A stretch of DNA of 64,000 nt from Patescibacteria group bacterium (GCA_038065255.1 JBBTRI010000001.1:42911-106910); one strand, 5' to 3'; positions 1 through 12,331 are shown, numbered from the stretch's first letter. Translations and numbers: made by a program. The notes: generated by a model not told the origin, from the sequence alone.

Positions 1-162
1 AGGGCTTTCCGGTTGCACGTACTCTGAAGGAGTGTCCTGGGGTAAATTTGTGCCACCCCAAGAGGGTGGTATGTTTGTCGAAGTACTTGCAGACGCAACA
101 ACCGTCTGGCCCTTGATTCTCAAAGGAGTAACAGAACGCCTTGATAAGGAAGTCCACTAGTC

Positions 163-1062
163 ATGGAATTATCACACGAACAACTTTTTTCTCCTCCAGG
201 CGAATACGCATCGCTCGAAAAAGCTCATTTTGTTGCGGCTGCCGTGCCGATTGAAGCGTCAGTGAGTTATGGCTCGGGTGCTTCTAAGGGTCCCGAGGCA
301 CTCCTTCATGCAAGTCAACAAGTTGAACTTTTTGATGTTGAAGAACAGAACGAACCGTACCGCGCAGGGATTGCAACGTGCGCATTTCCACAACCGTTTT
401 CTCAAACAAAAGAAGCGCTTGCCTATGCTCAAGAGATTACCCTTGAAATTCTGAATGCGCAAAAGATCCCAATCATTCTTGGCGGTGATCATTCGCTTAC
501 CCCGGGAGTGCTGGCAGCTTTTGTCCAAAAAGATACATCCTTCAGCGTGTTTCATATTGATGCACATAGCGATCTGCGCGACTCGTATCATGGCGACCCT
601 CACAGTCATGCTTCTGCGCTGCGCCGAGTACTGGCATTTCCTGCAGTACGCACGCTTGTTCAAGTGGGAATCCGCAATGTAAGCAATGACCCTGAGGATG
701 GCAGTGAGTTCTCATTCATTCAGGACAATACCGACAGAGTAAAAATATTCTTTGCAAAGGACATGGCGTTGTGGAATATATCTGAGATGGTTGATGCTCT
801 TGCTCACGATGTGTATATCACCATAGATGTGGATGGGTTTGATCCCTCTATTATGCCGTCCACCGGTACGCCAGAACCCGGAGGGATCGATTGGTACACT
901 GCACTGCGAGTGTTGCGCGAGGTCTGCACTAAAAAAAATGTTATCGGATTGGATATTGTTGAGCTTGCCCCCATACCGGGATTTCATGCGCCGGATTTTC
1001 TTGTCGCAAAATTAATATACAAATTGATCGGTTATATTTCAAAAGCGAAAGGATATTTATAA
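163..1062 (+). CDS. Arginase/agmatinase-family ureohydrolase
   Basis: Carries the binuclear-Mn motifs of the arginase fold: GGDHSLT, DAHSDL, and a DVDGFDPS-type motif. Confidence 0.8.
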   Translation: MELSHEQLFSPPGEYASLEKAHFVAAAVPIEASVSYGSGASKGPEALLHASQQVELFDVEEQNEPYRAGIATCAFPQPFSQTKEALAYAQEITLEILNAQKIPIILGGDHSLTPGVLAAFVQKDTSFSVFHIDAHSDLRDSYHGDPHSHASALRRVLAFPAVRTLVQVGIRNVSNDPEDGSEFSFIQDNTDRVKIFFAKDMALWNISEMVDALAHDVYITIDVDGFDPSIMPSTGTPEPGGIDWYTALRVLREVCTKKNVIGLDIVELAPIPGFHAPDFLVAKLIYKLIGYISKAKGYL

Positions 1063-1072
1063 CCCCCATCCT

Positions 1073-3811
<2,739 letters not shown>

Positions 3812-3813
3812 GT

Positions 3814-4248
3814 ATGCAAGAAAATAAGTCCACATTCATTATGGAACTTCAAGTCGGAGTTAAAATTCTTCTGAAAAATAAGGAAGGGAAGTACCTTCTC
3901 CTTCGTCGGTCATTGGAGAAATATCCCGAAGTGAACGGCCGATGGGATTGTGTCGGAGGAAGGATTGTTGCGGGTACGCCTCTGATGGATAATCTGCGGC
4001 GTGAAGTACGGGAAGAAACAGGATTGGAAATCATCGGAAATCCAAAACTCATTGCTGCTCAAGATATACTCAAGAATAATGACCGCCACACTGTGAGATT
4101 AACCTATAGTGGGAATGCAGAAGGTGAAGTGGCATTGGATACAACCGAAAATGACAGGTATCAATGGTATTCTTGGAATGAACTGATTCAGCTTGATGAT
4201 GTTGATGTGTATGTTAAAGAGCTACTGGATAGCGGGATCATTCGGTAA
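3814..4248 (+). CDS. NUDIX hydrolase
   Basis: Nudix box GGRIVAGTPLMDNLRREVREETGLEI (GX5EX7REUXEEXGU). Start taken at the ATG just after the secA stop; the ORF-track start at 3796 would overlap secA. Confidence 0.7.
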   Translation: MQENKSTFIMELQVGVKILLKNKEGKYLLLRRSLEKYPEVNGRWDCVGGRIVAGTPLMDNLRREVREETGLEIIGNPKLIAAQDILKNNDRHTVRLTYSGNAEGEVALDTTENDRYQWYSWNELIQLDDVDVYVKELLDSGIIR

Positions 4249-4272
4249 TGTGAGCCATAAAACTTATTTTCT

Positions 4273-5247
4273 ATGCGCATTCATGATTCTATTCGCGTAG
4301 TGTGCTTTGGCGGGGGAACGGGGATGCCCTCGCTTCTTTCTGGCTTGAAACATAATCCCTTACTGGATATCACCGCCATTGTCGACATGTTCGACTCGGG
4401 CGGGAGTTCTGGTATATTGCGCGATCAGTATGGCATTCTGCCGCCCGGAGATATCTTACGCTGTCTTTTGGCATTGTCCGAAGATGAAGTGTATGCACGT
4501 AAGTTGTTGCTGAAGAGGATACAAAACCACCACGAGCCCGGGCACACGGGGGGCAACCTATTGTTGTATGCGTTTGAGAAAGTCTACGGCAATTATTTGG
4601 AAGCCGTTGATGCTTTAGCACAAATTCTTTCCGTGCGCGGGCGCGTCATTCCGGTAACGCTTTCGCCAAGTACGCTGTGCGCGCGCTACACCGACAGCAG
4701 TATTTCAAAAAAAGAAACGAATGTTGATCAAGGATTGTTTGAGGGAAAGGAAATCGCGGAACTTTTTCTCGACCCGCCTGTCCAGGCTTCATGCGAGGCG
4801 CTTGCTGCCATTGCGAAAGCCGATGCTATTTGTGTTGGTCCCGGGAGCTTTTATTCGAGCGTACTGTCAAATTTTTTGCCCGCTGGAATACGCGATGCTG
4901 TGCAAGAATCGCGCGCTCCGATTATTTGTATTGCGAATTTGCTTGCTGAAGGAAAATGTATGAAGGACAGCTCGATTATGGAATTGGCAAGAATTATTGA
5001 AGGAATGGTCGGCAGAAAAGTATCTGCCATTATTGCAAATAATACAGCGCCTACCCGCGAAGTTGCAGCTGCATACGGGGCCGAACAAAAATATCCCATT
5101 CTTCCGACCGAAAGCGATCATGCAGACCCACGCCTCTGTACAGCGCGCCTATGGAGTGATGTGTCAATCGCTCGCCATGATTCAGCGCGCCTCGCAAGCG
5201 TGGTAACCTTTTTAATAAGTAAACTTTTAGGCAGATCTAAGTTGTGA
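4273..5247 (+). CDS. YvcK/CofD-family (UPF0052) protein
   Basis: N-terminal FGGGTGMPSLLSGLK and DMFDSGGSSGILRD match the YvcK gluconeogenesis-factor/CofD family signature. Confidence 0.75.
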   Translation: MRIHDSIRVVCFGGGTGMPSLLSGLKHNPLLDITAIVDMFDSGGSSGILRDQYGILPPGDILRCLLALSEDEVYARKLLLKRIQNHHEPGHTGGNLLLYAFEKVYGNYLEAVDALAQILSVRGRVIPVTLSPSTLCARYTDSSISKKETNVDQGLFEGKEIAELFLDPPVQASCEALAAIAKADAICVGPGSFYSSVLSNFLPAGIRDAVQESRAPIICIANLLAEGKCMKDSSIMELARIIEGMVGRKVSAIIANNTAPTREVAAAYGAEQKYPILPTESDHADPRLCTARLWSDVSIARHDSARLASVVTFLISKLLGRSKL

Positions 5248-5457
5248 TGTATGACCCTGAAGTATTGACATTTTTTATTAATTCAATAAAGATACTGCTG
5301 AGTGATTCATTATTATTCATAGTCATAGTATAGTATGGAAGATACGAATTTTATTACAAATGTCGCAAAAGCAACCCGCCAGGAGCTTATGGATGGGTAA
5401 AAGGCGTTATTAAAAAAATACAGTGAAGCGAATACTACTAACGCGAAAGTACAACCC

Positions 5458-6273
5458 GTGCAAGGAGATGTGTTCGCCGTAGCGAGCAAATATACCGGAG
5501 AGGCCGATATTCGCGCACATGTCGCGACACTAAGGACAGGTCTTACCATGACCCTGTCAGAGGTTGAAAAAAATCTCTTAGAAAAATTCAAAGAACTCAA
5601 AGAATGTGATGAAATGCTTACAGCACAGAAAACAAAATTAAAGGAGCTGTATGAAATTGAAGAATCGGCAGGTGCACTCATTGCCATGCTCCAGGCTCGT
5701 GAAGATACAAAGCGGAATGCAGATCGGGAAAGGGTCGAAACAGAACAGAAAAGAAAACGCGATGAAGAAGAATATGCATTTTCATTCAGTTTCCAAAAAC
5801 GGAAAGATAAAGAAGCCTATGAAGCAGAGAAGCGAAAATTAGAAAGCGAACTTGAAACAAAACAAGCGGATTTTGATCAGCGTCAGAAAGAATTTGCTGC
5901 AAAGGAAGATGAGCTTGTTGCATTGCACACACAGGTGCAAGAATTTCCCGCGACTCTTATAAAAGAAAAAAAGCATACAGAGGAGCAGGTTGCCGCAGCA
6001 GCGGCAAAAGATAAAGAAATAGTACTCCTCATTGCTTCAAAAGAAGCTGATGCGCTAAAAACTGTTCTTGAAGGGAAAATTGAGACGCTTCAAGCGACAA
6101 ACGAAGAATGTAAAAAACTCATTACAAGCCTCCATGAACAATTAAAAGCAAGCCATGTTCAAATCCAAGAAGTTGTTCTCAAAAGCATAGAGAGCGCAGC
6201 GGGTGCAAAAACGCTTGATGCGGTCAATAAGCTTGCATTGGAACAGACCCGTTCATCAGGTGGACGGAGTTAG
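5458..6273 (+). CDS. E/K-rich coiled-coil protein of unknown function
   Basis: Long ORF with heptad-like charged composition and no recognisable catalytic motif. A promoter-like TTGACA lies upstream at 5265. Confidence 0.4.
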   Translation: MQGDVFAVASKYTGEADIRAHVATLRTGLTMTLSEVEKNLLEKFKELKECDEMLTAQKTKLKELYEIEESAGALIAMLQAREDTKRNADRERVETEQKRKRDEEEYAFSFSFQKRKDKEAYEAEKRKLESELETKQADFDQRQKEFAAKEDELVALHTQVQEFPATLIKEKKHTEEQVAAAAAKDKEIVLLIASKEADALKTVLEGKIETLQATNEECKKLITSLHEQLKASHVQIQEVVLKSIESAAGAKTLDAVNKLALEQTRSSGGRS

Positions 6274-6656
6274 ATTGTAGATACAACTTTAAGATGAGGG
6301 AGTGATGTAAAATCTTTGATATTTTTTGTAACGAGTGTTGCGCTATATTCTAATGCTGTTGCTGCAATAAGCAAATCGGCTTTGCCGCGCCGGCGGGTAC
6401 GGGAAAGAATGCCTGCTCGTATTGCGATTGCCATTGTGATTGGAAAAATGTCAAGGTGTTTAAGAGCCGTGTCAATGCGCCTTTGTTCAGAGTCTGACAT
6501 TCCGGCAAGTGCGTAGAGTTCCATGACAGTAACAACTGAAATAGCGATAGAGGTGGTATCGGAATGCGGCACTGGAATAGTCCCATTAAGTATGCCGATA
6601 ACATAGTTGCTATCCAAGAGAAAACACTCTTGAAAAGCAGAATACGCTAGCGCCAT
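6270..6656 (-). CDS. vapC: PIN-domain toxin VapC
   Basis: LLDSNYVI near the N-terminus (first acidic PIN residue) and ADLLIAATALEYSATLVTKNIKDF C-terminal PIN motif. Confidence 0.75.
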   Translation of the reverse strand: MALAYSAFQECFLLDSNYVIGILNGTIPVPHSDTTSIAISVVTVMELYALAGMSDSEQRRIDTALKHLDIFPITMAIAIRAGILSRTRRRGKADLLIAATALEYSATLVTKNIKDFTSLPHLKVVSTI

Positions 6657-6808
6657 AGTTGTTTTCGGATACGCTCAATATCTTTCGGCGCACGTTTTTT
6701 TTTACTCCACATTCCTGAAAGAAGTTTCAAGGCATGTGCTGCATTGGGAGTTTTTTGTCGGAGAGAAACGCGTGCTTCGATAGTGTTAACTCTTGGTGAT
6801 ACATTCAT
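6647..6808 (-). CDS. Putative VapB-like antitoxin (53 aa, absent from the ORF track)
   Basis: My own translation is MNVSPRVNTIEARVSLRQKTPNAAHALKLLSGMWSKKKRAPKDIERIRKQLWR. Its stop overlaps the vapC start (ATGGCGCTAG), the classic antitoxin-toxin coupling. Confidence 0.5.
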   Translation of the reverse strand: MNVSPRVNTIEARVSLRQKTPNAAHALKLLSGMWSKKKRAPKDIERIRKQLWR

Positions 6809-6825
6809 AGATAGATAGATAGATA
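6807..6825. repeat. (ATAG)n tetranucleotide microsatellite, about 4.75 units
   Basis: atagatagatagatagata read directly from the sequence. It overlaps the putative antitoxin start codon. Confidence 0.7.
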
Positions 6826-6883
6826 TGGTATGTCCTAGTTATTCTACGACAGAGTATTCTGCCGGTCAATACGCTTTTTGTGG

Positions 6884-6921
6884 AAATAAAAAAAGACCTC
6901 GGAACTGGAGTGTTCCGAGGT
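6884..6921 (-). terminator. Rho-independent terminator (minus strand)
   Basis: 10-bp stem acctcggaac/gttccgaggt with a 6-nt loop, followed on the minus strand by a U-run (plus strand aaataaaaaaag). Confidence 0.5.
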
Positions 6922-7029
6922 GGTTGCCGCGTGTTTCGCGGGTGCCATGAGATCTGGCGGTTAAGGTACGATGTTGTGACTTCGAGCTCTTGCCTGGCTG
7001 GCAGTCGGGCTGCTCTGCGTTGATGCGGC

Positions 7030-7644
7030 CTAGAGGTCGATCGACGTTTTCGTCGAGTCTACGACAAACGCCTCCGACCCATCGGCATTGCCCTGCCGAC
7101 GGATGCCCGGACCGGTCTTGGTCATCCGGCTGTTCAGCCAGAGGATCAAGTTGGGCGACGAGAAGGCGATGTTGAACCGCTCGCCTTCGACCATGGAGTC
7201 CGGTGCTAGGACACCGAAACGCGTGGCGTAGGCTTCCTCGCGGATGAGGACGGGACCGTCGCCGATCCCCCAGCCCACTCTGTCGCTTTTCAGCTTCTTG
7301 TCCCAATTGTTAATTGAGACTTCCTGCTGGCCGCCCCCGGATTTTGCGTCCTTTATCATGATGAACGTGTTGGCCGAGAACTGGATGTGGAGGCCGCCTT
7401 TGTCCCTCCAGATCCAGTGGTACCCGTCCGAAGATGGGTGCCAGCCGGTGTTCGGGTTGGTCTGGGACGGTGGGTATACTCCCGGGTTGGCGGCATTTGG
7501 GGTACACTCGTACCCCGGTTGGCACCACCCCGGTCTGGTCGGGTAGGGATTCGGGTAGTATGGGTACATTGGCTGGCACCCGATGCCAGCCAATGCCGCC
7601 ACCGCTCCGAGGAGCAGGATGGCGGCAAGGACGAACCGTTTCAT
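7030..7644 (-). CDS. Secreted/lipoprotein-like protein in the GC-rich island
   Basis: Begins MKRFVLAAILLLGAVAALAGIGC (signal peptide plus Cys). About 65% GC against a roughly 46% backbone. The track's 438-aa ORF is an upstream over-extension. Confidence 0.55.
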   Translation of the reverse strand: MKRFVLAAILLLGAVAALAGIGCQPMYPYYPNPYPTRPGWCQPGYECTPNAANPGVYPPSQTNPNTGWHPSSDGYHWIWRDKGGLHIQFSANTFIMIKDAKSGGGQQEVSINNWDKKLKSDRVGWGIGDGPVLIREEAYATRFGVLAPDSMVEGERFNIAFSSPNLILWLNSRMTKTGPGIRRQGNADGSEAFVVDSTKTSIDL

Positions 7645-7721
7645 TGCTATCCTTTCACCCCGCGCACGCCTCTTAGCGAGTCGTGCAGTGAGCGTGCGCG
7701 GGGACTCGTCGAAGTGGGTCG

Positions 7722-8840
7722 CTAGAAGTGGATGCTGGTAGTCAACCCGAGCGACACGTTGTCGCCGGGCTTGCTGGGAGCGAGGATCTCGAGTCCGGCC
7801 GTGACGGAGTCCGTCACGTCGAAACCGAGGCCCACCCCCGCCTGCGCCTTGAGGTGCTTGGTCGGATCGAAGGCTGTCGCGCCGGCCGGGAAGAGCTGCC
7901 GGCCCTGCCCGACCACGTGGACGTTGAGTTGCGGCAGCTGGCTGAGTGGCCGAATACCGAGTTCGAACCGCGCGCCGTTGGAGGAGTTGGGCAACGACGA
8001 CGCTATCTTGGCGCGGTGATACCACCGTCCGTGATCGCCGTTCCAACTGGTGTAGATGTTCACGGGATTGGTGGCCAGCGAGCTGTCGCCCTGGAGGAGA
8101 AAGTCGTACGAGACTCCGGCCTCCAGCTGGTTGCTGGGGTCGACCTGGAAGCGCAAGCCCACGAGGGGACCCGCCACCACGGAATCGCTGGCGACTTTGT
8201 CGCGCCAGCCCCATGAGTTGTCGCGGCTGTAGCCGGTGTGGAGCCCTCCCATGAGGGTCCACTTGTCGTCGATCCGGACACCCCCCTTGAGGTCGGCGCT
8301 GCCGGCGCTGGTGCTGCCGCCCAACTGGCTGTTGAGCGGATTCCACGTCGTGAGATCCTGTCCCAACTGCAACTCGACGTTGCAGCAGAAACCACTCACG
8401 TTGCCGTAGCTGGGGTGGGTGTTGCCACTGTCGCTCGACGGCTGGCTGCCGCCGCTCGATGCCACCATGGTGGTATTGTTGCCGTTGCTGGCGCCGCTGG
8501 CTGCGGCGACGACGTGGGTCGTATTGCCGTTAGCGGGCTTCCAGCCGAACGGGTAGTTGCCCACCCGCAGGCCAGTCACCTTGCCGCCGATGACCGCGTT
8601 GATGTCCGTGTAGCCATTCGGGCCGAGCAGGATCCGGTATGTCGGGACGCCGTCCTTGCTGGGGACGAGTCTCGCCATTCCCGGCGGGATTGTCGTGATG
8701 TTGGCGAGCGCGGGTGCGGTGATTAGCCGCTCCCGGAGGCTCTGCCCCATCCCGATGTCCCGGAGAGTGGTTGCCGATGCCGCGCTCTGGAGGAGCACGG
8801 CGAGGATGCCCGAAAGGGCAATTGCCATGAGGCCGCGCAT
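7722..8840 (-). CDS. Outer-membrane beta-barrel (porin-like) protein in the GC-rich island
   Basis: Signal peptide MAIALSGILAVLLQSAASA, a Gly/Ser/Asn/Thr-rich body with alternating hydrophobic residues, and a C-terminal ...TTSIHF ending in Phe (the OMP signature). A strong RBS aggaggtaac precedes it. Confidence 0.5.
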   Translation of the reverse strand: MRGLMAIALSGILAVLLQSAASATTLRDIGMGQSLRERLITAPALANITTIPPGMARLVPSKDGVPTYRILLGPNGYTDINAVIGGKVTGLRVGNYPFGWKPANGNTTHVVAAASGASNGNNTTMVASSGGSQPSSDSGNTHPSYGNVSGFCCNVELQLGQDLTTWNPLNSQLGGSTSAGSADLKGGVRIDDKWTLMGGLHTGYSRDNSWGWRDKVASDSVVAGPLVGLRFQVDPSNQLEAGVSYDFLLQGDSSLATNPVNIYTSWNGDHGRWYHRAKIASSLPNSSNGARFELGIRPLSQLPQLNVHVVGQGRQLFPAGATAFDPTKHLKAQAGVGLGFDVTDSVTAGLEILAPSKPGDNVSLGLTTSIHF

Positions 8841-9250
8841 GTAGTTACCTCCTTATGCGTGCGGCGTTGGGATACTTTGCGTTTTTTCACTTTTCAGCAG
8901 GACTCACGCATTCGAAGAATAATGAAATCTTTTTATGTCAGTACTCATTTTTTTGAAACAGGTATTTTTCTGCTGAAAAATCCTTCTTACTCCCGCCGTC
9001 GCGGTCCGTAGGTTCCAAAAAATGAATACCGCCATAAAGATTTCATTAGCTCTCTAGAGTAATTTTCTCCAAATGCGGTAGTCCTGCTTCTAATTGTCAA
9101 ATTTCGGTGTCATTGCCGATGAAAGGCGCTAAAAACAGCCTATTCAAAAGACATAATGACTTAGCAGAAGTATAGCACAAAAATAGGAAAATGTCAAGAT
9201 AGGAGCGGTGGTTATAACGATTTTTTGAATACATTTTGTACTCAGGGGTA

Positions 9251-9279
9251 TTGACAAATCAAAAAAAGTATGATATCAT
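9251..9279 (+). promoter_or_regulatory. Sigma70-like promoter TTGACA-N17-TATCAT
   Basis: ggtaTTGACAaatcaaaaaaagtatgaTATCATa, sitting in the AT-rich spacer inside the GC island about 70 nt upstream of the lipoprotein gene. Confidence 0.4.
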
Positions 9280-9353
9280 AAGCTTCAATCGCTCCTGCCC
9301 TGAAAAGCTCGAGCAAGAGTTCCTCAATCGCGCGATCGAGAAAGGATACCCTC

Positions 9354-10064
9354 ATGATCCGCACCAACCCGACGGGGTTGGCGGGGATCGCTCTGTCGAT
9401 GGTCGTAGCCGCGTGCTCGACCGTCCCAACCGGCCTGCCCCCAGGCATGCCGGGAGGAGCGACCCCCCCAGCCACGTCCCCCCCGGCGTCGGGATCGACG
9501 TCGGCCTCCGTCCCGCTCCTGCCGCCGGCTCCGGTGGCGTCGGCTTCGACTCCCGTAGGGATGCCGACTGCGACGCCAACTTCGGTTCCGGCACCAGGCC
9601 TCCTGCCCCTTCCCATGTCGGGCGACAAGAAGCTGAGCGTCAGCTTCGCGTCCTCGACAGTCAAGGCTGGCTCGTTCAGTCCTGGTGTCGCAACTCTCGA
9701 TGTGAGAGAGTGGATCCCGCAAGCGGGGAAATTCACCCTCACCGGCAGGATCCTTGCAGATGGCCGATGGAAGGCCGTTACGCAGGAGTACAGTGGGAAT
9801 CCCCCTCGAATGATCTTTTTCGAGGTGGAGCCCGTGTGGACTCCGGGAAAGGTGACTGGTTATTTCACAGTAACTGGTCCGAACGGCGACCTCACAATCG
9901 TCGCAACGTCGGACTTCACTGTGGAGGCTACCACAAGCCCGACCCCGGTTCCCACCACGGCTCCCACTGCGGCACCGACCCCGGTTCCCACCACGGCTCC
10001 CACGGCGGCACCGACCCCGGTTCCCACGCCGACCGCGAGCCCCTCGGGGACAGGCGGTCTCTAG
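9354..10064 (+). CDS. Lipoprotein with Pro/Thr-rich tandem-repeat tail (GC-rich island)
   Basis: Lipobox VVAAC|S after a signal peptide; PPGMPGG and PT-rich linkers; a C-terminal repeat PTPVPTTAPTAA. Confidence 0.55.
   Translation: MIRTNPTGLAGIALSMVVAACSTVPTGLPPGMPGGATPPATSPPASGSTSASVPLLPPAPVASASTPVGMPTATPTSVPAPGLLPLPMSGDKKLSVSFASSTVKAGSFSPGVATLDVREWIPQAGKFTLTGRILADGRWKAVTQEYSGNPPRMIFFEVEPVWTPGKVTGYFTVTGPNGDLTIVATSDFTVEATTSPTPVPTTAPTAAPTPVPTTAPTAAPTPVPTPTASPSGTGGL
9939..10034 (+). repeat. 36-bp tandem repeat, about 2.7 copies, inside the lipoprotein CDS
   Basis: ccgaccccggttcccaccacggctcccac(t/g)gcggca appears twice, followed by a partial third copy. Confidence 0.7.
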
Positions 10065-10104
10065 GGACTGTCGCCACACAACGGCACATGGTGTGCCAAC
10101 CCCC

Positions 10105-10140
10105 GGCCCTTTGCAAATGCATAGGGCCACTTTTTTTATT
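10105..10140 (+). terminator. Rho-independent terminator
   Basis: Stem ggccc...gggcc followed by actttttttatttt. A second small hairpin ggcacatggtgtgcc lies just upstream. Confidence 0.5.
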
Positions 10141-10230
10141 TTACCCACATGTGCTCTTGATTTTTTTTCAAAAACATGTCAGGATAAAGCCTTGTCGGCT
10201 AAGCCGACGTTTCATAGACATAATCCTCAT

Positions 10231-10857
10231 ATGCATTCAAAGGCATCATACTTTTTTAACCATTGGAAAACTATCCTTGGTTTTGCGCTTATTGGCGCCG
10301 TATTGGGGTTGGTAGGAAGTTTTTTGCGCCCTCTCGAATACAGCTCGACATTGAGTTTACTTATCGTACCCAAAAATATCAGCACAGCGGATCCCTATAC
10401 GGCGCTGCGCTCCATAGACCGCATTGCCGATAACCTTTCCCAAATAGTCTATACGTCTACGTTTTTTGATAAAGTGTTTTCCAAAAGCGCCGGTCCCGAC
10501 CGCGCGCAATTTGGGTCTGATGAAATTAAAAAACGCAAAAAATGGCATCGATCAGTTGCCGTCAGTATCAACCGCGGCACAGGTCTGTTCAAGATTACAG
10601 CCTACCACCTGCAACCAATTCAAGCTCGTCTGTTGGCGGAAAGCGTAGCGGATGTATTGATTGCCGAAGGATGGCAGTACGTGGGTGCTGATTTTGAAAT
10701 TAAACTTGTCGATGCGCCGCTGGAATCGCGCTATCCCGTGCGGCCAAACATACCATTTGTTGTTCTTGGCAGTATGCTTGCAGGAATCAGCGCAGGATTG
10801 ATCTATGTCTTCTGGCACTATCACACACACAAACAGCGCATATTCGGGATTGGATAA
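10231..10857 (+). CDS. Wzz-like polysaccharide chain-length determinant (short form)
   Basis: N-terminal TM helix, then PLEYSSTLSLLIVP (the P-x-Y/LIV pattern of the Wzz N-domain), and a C-terminal TM. The track start at 10093 overlaps the terminator; the ATG at 10231 is preferred. Confidence 0.45.
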   Translation: MHSKASYFFNHWKTILGFALIGAVLGLVGSFLRPLEYSSTLSLLIVPKNISTADPYTALRSIDRIADNLSQIVYTSTFFDKVFSKSAGPDRAQFGSDEIKKRKKWHRSVAVSINRGTGLFKITAYHLQPIQARLLAESVADVLIAEGWQYVGADFEIKLVDAPLESRYPVRPNIPFVVLGSMLAGISAGLIYVFWHYHTHKQRIFGIG

Positions 10858-12331
10858 GGCATTGCTGGCGAGCCTTGCCGGCCTTGTCTCGTTTGTTATC
10901 GTCGAGATTTTGCTTTCACCCGTTTGGGCGTTGGCAGTATTAGCCGTTATTACTATCGCAGTGTGTTCTTGGTATCGGCCACTGTGGGTTGTGTGGGCGA
11001 TTGCCGCTGTGCTGCCATTCGAACCTTTTGTGCTCAAGTGGGTGGGGGATGAACTCTATATTGCTGCACGCTACGCAAGCGAGGCGCTGATCTATATTGT
11101 TGCCGGCGTAACAGTGATCCAAAAATGTGTTCAGGGGAAAAGGCTCTCATTGGGTCCACTTGCGTTGCCGCTTGCAACTTTCGCTGGTATTGCAGTGGCG
11201 AGTGCGGTTGCCAATCACAATACACTGTTCGATAGCGCTATGGGTCTGCGGCAGATATTTCGCTATATGCTACTGTATGTCGCTGTCGTGTTGCTAGCTC
11301 CCCATGAGAAATGGACGCAGGGAAGTATGATCGGCATTGCAGGAATAGCATTGTTTGAAAGTGTGCTGGGTAGTGTGCAGGCACTTACCGGTGGCAGTCT
11401 TGATGGGTTTCTCATGCCGACGGGACAAAAGTTTATAGAATCAATCACACTCACCATGGGTACCAGCGGTTTTTGGCAGGAAGGGCAGCGGGTGTTTGCC
11501 ACCATGGGGCGTTACGACCAATTGGGAATATTTTTATCGTTTGTACTTCTTCTTGTTGTTGGATTTCTCTTTGAGAATACCAACCGGAAACCCTCACGTT
11601 TTTGGTGGTGGGTGCTTGGCGCAGGATGTGTTGCACTTGTTCTTACCTATTCGCGCGCAGCATGGTTTGGTTTTGCAATCGGGTTTGCGGTATGCGGCAT
11701 AGGGATCAAGCGGAATTGGCGCATTGCCGCAGGCTATATGGCCGTGCTACTACTTGCCGTTGCAATGTATGCATCCTTGGGGATAGCACAGCACTATCGC
11801 ATTGATCTGCCGAACCAGACGCTTACTGAACGTCTTTTTGAAAGTGTTTCTATTCAGCGTATCTTGGGGGAGTACTATGCATTGGGGCGCACGTATTTTT
11901 TACTCCATGTTCCCGTAAACGTACTTGAGCATGCGCCGCTTCTGGGTGTTGGCCCCGGCATGTTTGGCGGGGGCGCAGCTGCAGCGCTGCATAATACGGA
12001 AAAATATGCAGAGTTGAACCTGCCTTACGGCATCAATGGCACGGAAGGATATATCGACAATAATTGGCTTTCACTCCTCGGTGAAACGGGATATCTAGGC
12101 GTGGCGGCATACGCACTTATACTCATAGTATTGGCACGAACTGCATTGCGGGTGCACCGATCAAGCCAGTCGCCCCTTATGCGCGGGCTTGCTCTTGGAT
12201 ACTGTGGAGCATTGGCGGCATTTGCTTTTCAAGGATTTTTTGCAACCTATTTTGAAGTGCGGACACTGGCGCCCTATATCTGGATATTCGGAGGAATACT
12301 TGCTGCAGAAGACATGAAAATTCTCGTATGA
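10805..12331 (+). CDS. O-antigen ligase/polymerase family (Wzy_C-like) membrane protein
   Basis: Polytopic membrane protein with YSRAAWFGFAIGF, the O-antigen ligase loop motif. The start is uncertain: it overlaps the upstream gene by about 50 nt. Confidence 0.65.
   Translation: MSSGTITHTNSAYSGLDKALLASLAGLVSFVIVEILLSPVWALAVLAVITIAVCSWYRPLWVVWAIAAVLPFEPFVLKWVGDELYIAARYASEALIYIVAGVTVIQKCVQGKRLSLGPLALPLATFAGIAVASAVANHNTLFDSAMGLRQIFRYMLLYVAVVLLAPHEKWTQGSMIGIAGIALFESVLGSVQALTGGSLDGFLMPTGQKFIESITLTMGTSGFWQEGQRVFATMGRYDQLGIFLSFVLLLVVGFLFENTNRKPSRFWWWVLGAGCVALVLTYSRAAWFGFAIGFAVCGIGIKRNWRIAAGYMAVLLLAVAMYASLGIAQHYRIDLPNQTLTERLFESVSIQRILGEYYALGRTYFLLHVPVNVLEHAPLLGVGPGMFGGGAAAALHNTEKYAELNLPYGINGTEGYIDNNWLSLLGETGYLGVAAYALILIVLARTALRVHRSSQSPLMRGLALGYCGALAAFAFQGFFATYFEVRTLAPYIWIFGGILAAEDMKILV

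Noticed and set aside
5265-5293. TTGACA at 5265 as a third strong promoter
   Set aside because: A -35 match is present, but the best-spaced -10 (aaagat) is weak. It is left as a promoter-like site only.
9236-10315. 359-aa plus-strand ORF, a 274-aa minus-strand ORF (9324-10148) and other long ORFs across 7244-8844
   Set aside because: The high GC removes stop codons in all frames. Only the frames with a signal peptide, lipobox or OMP C-terminus were kept.
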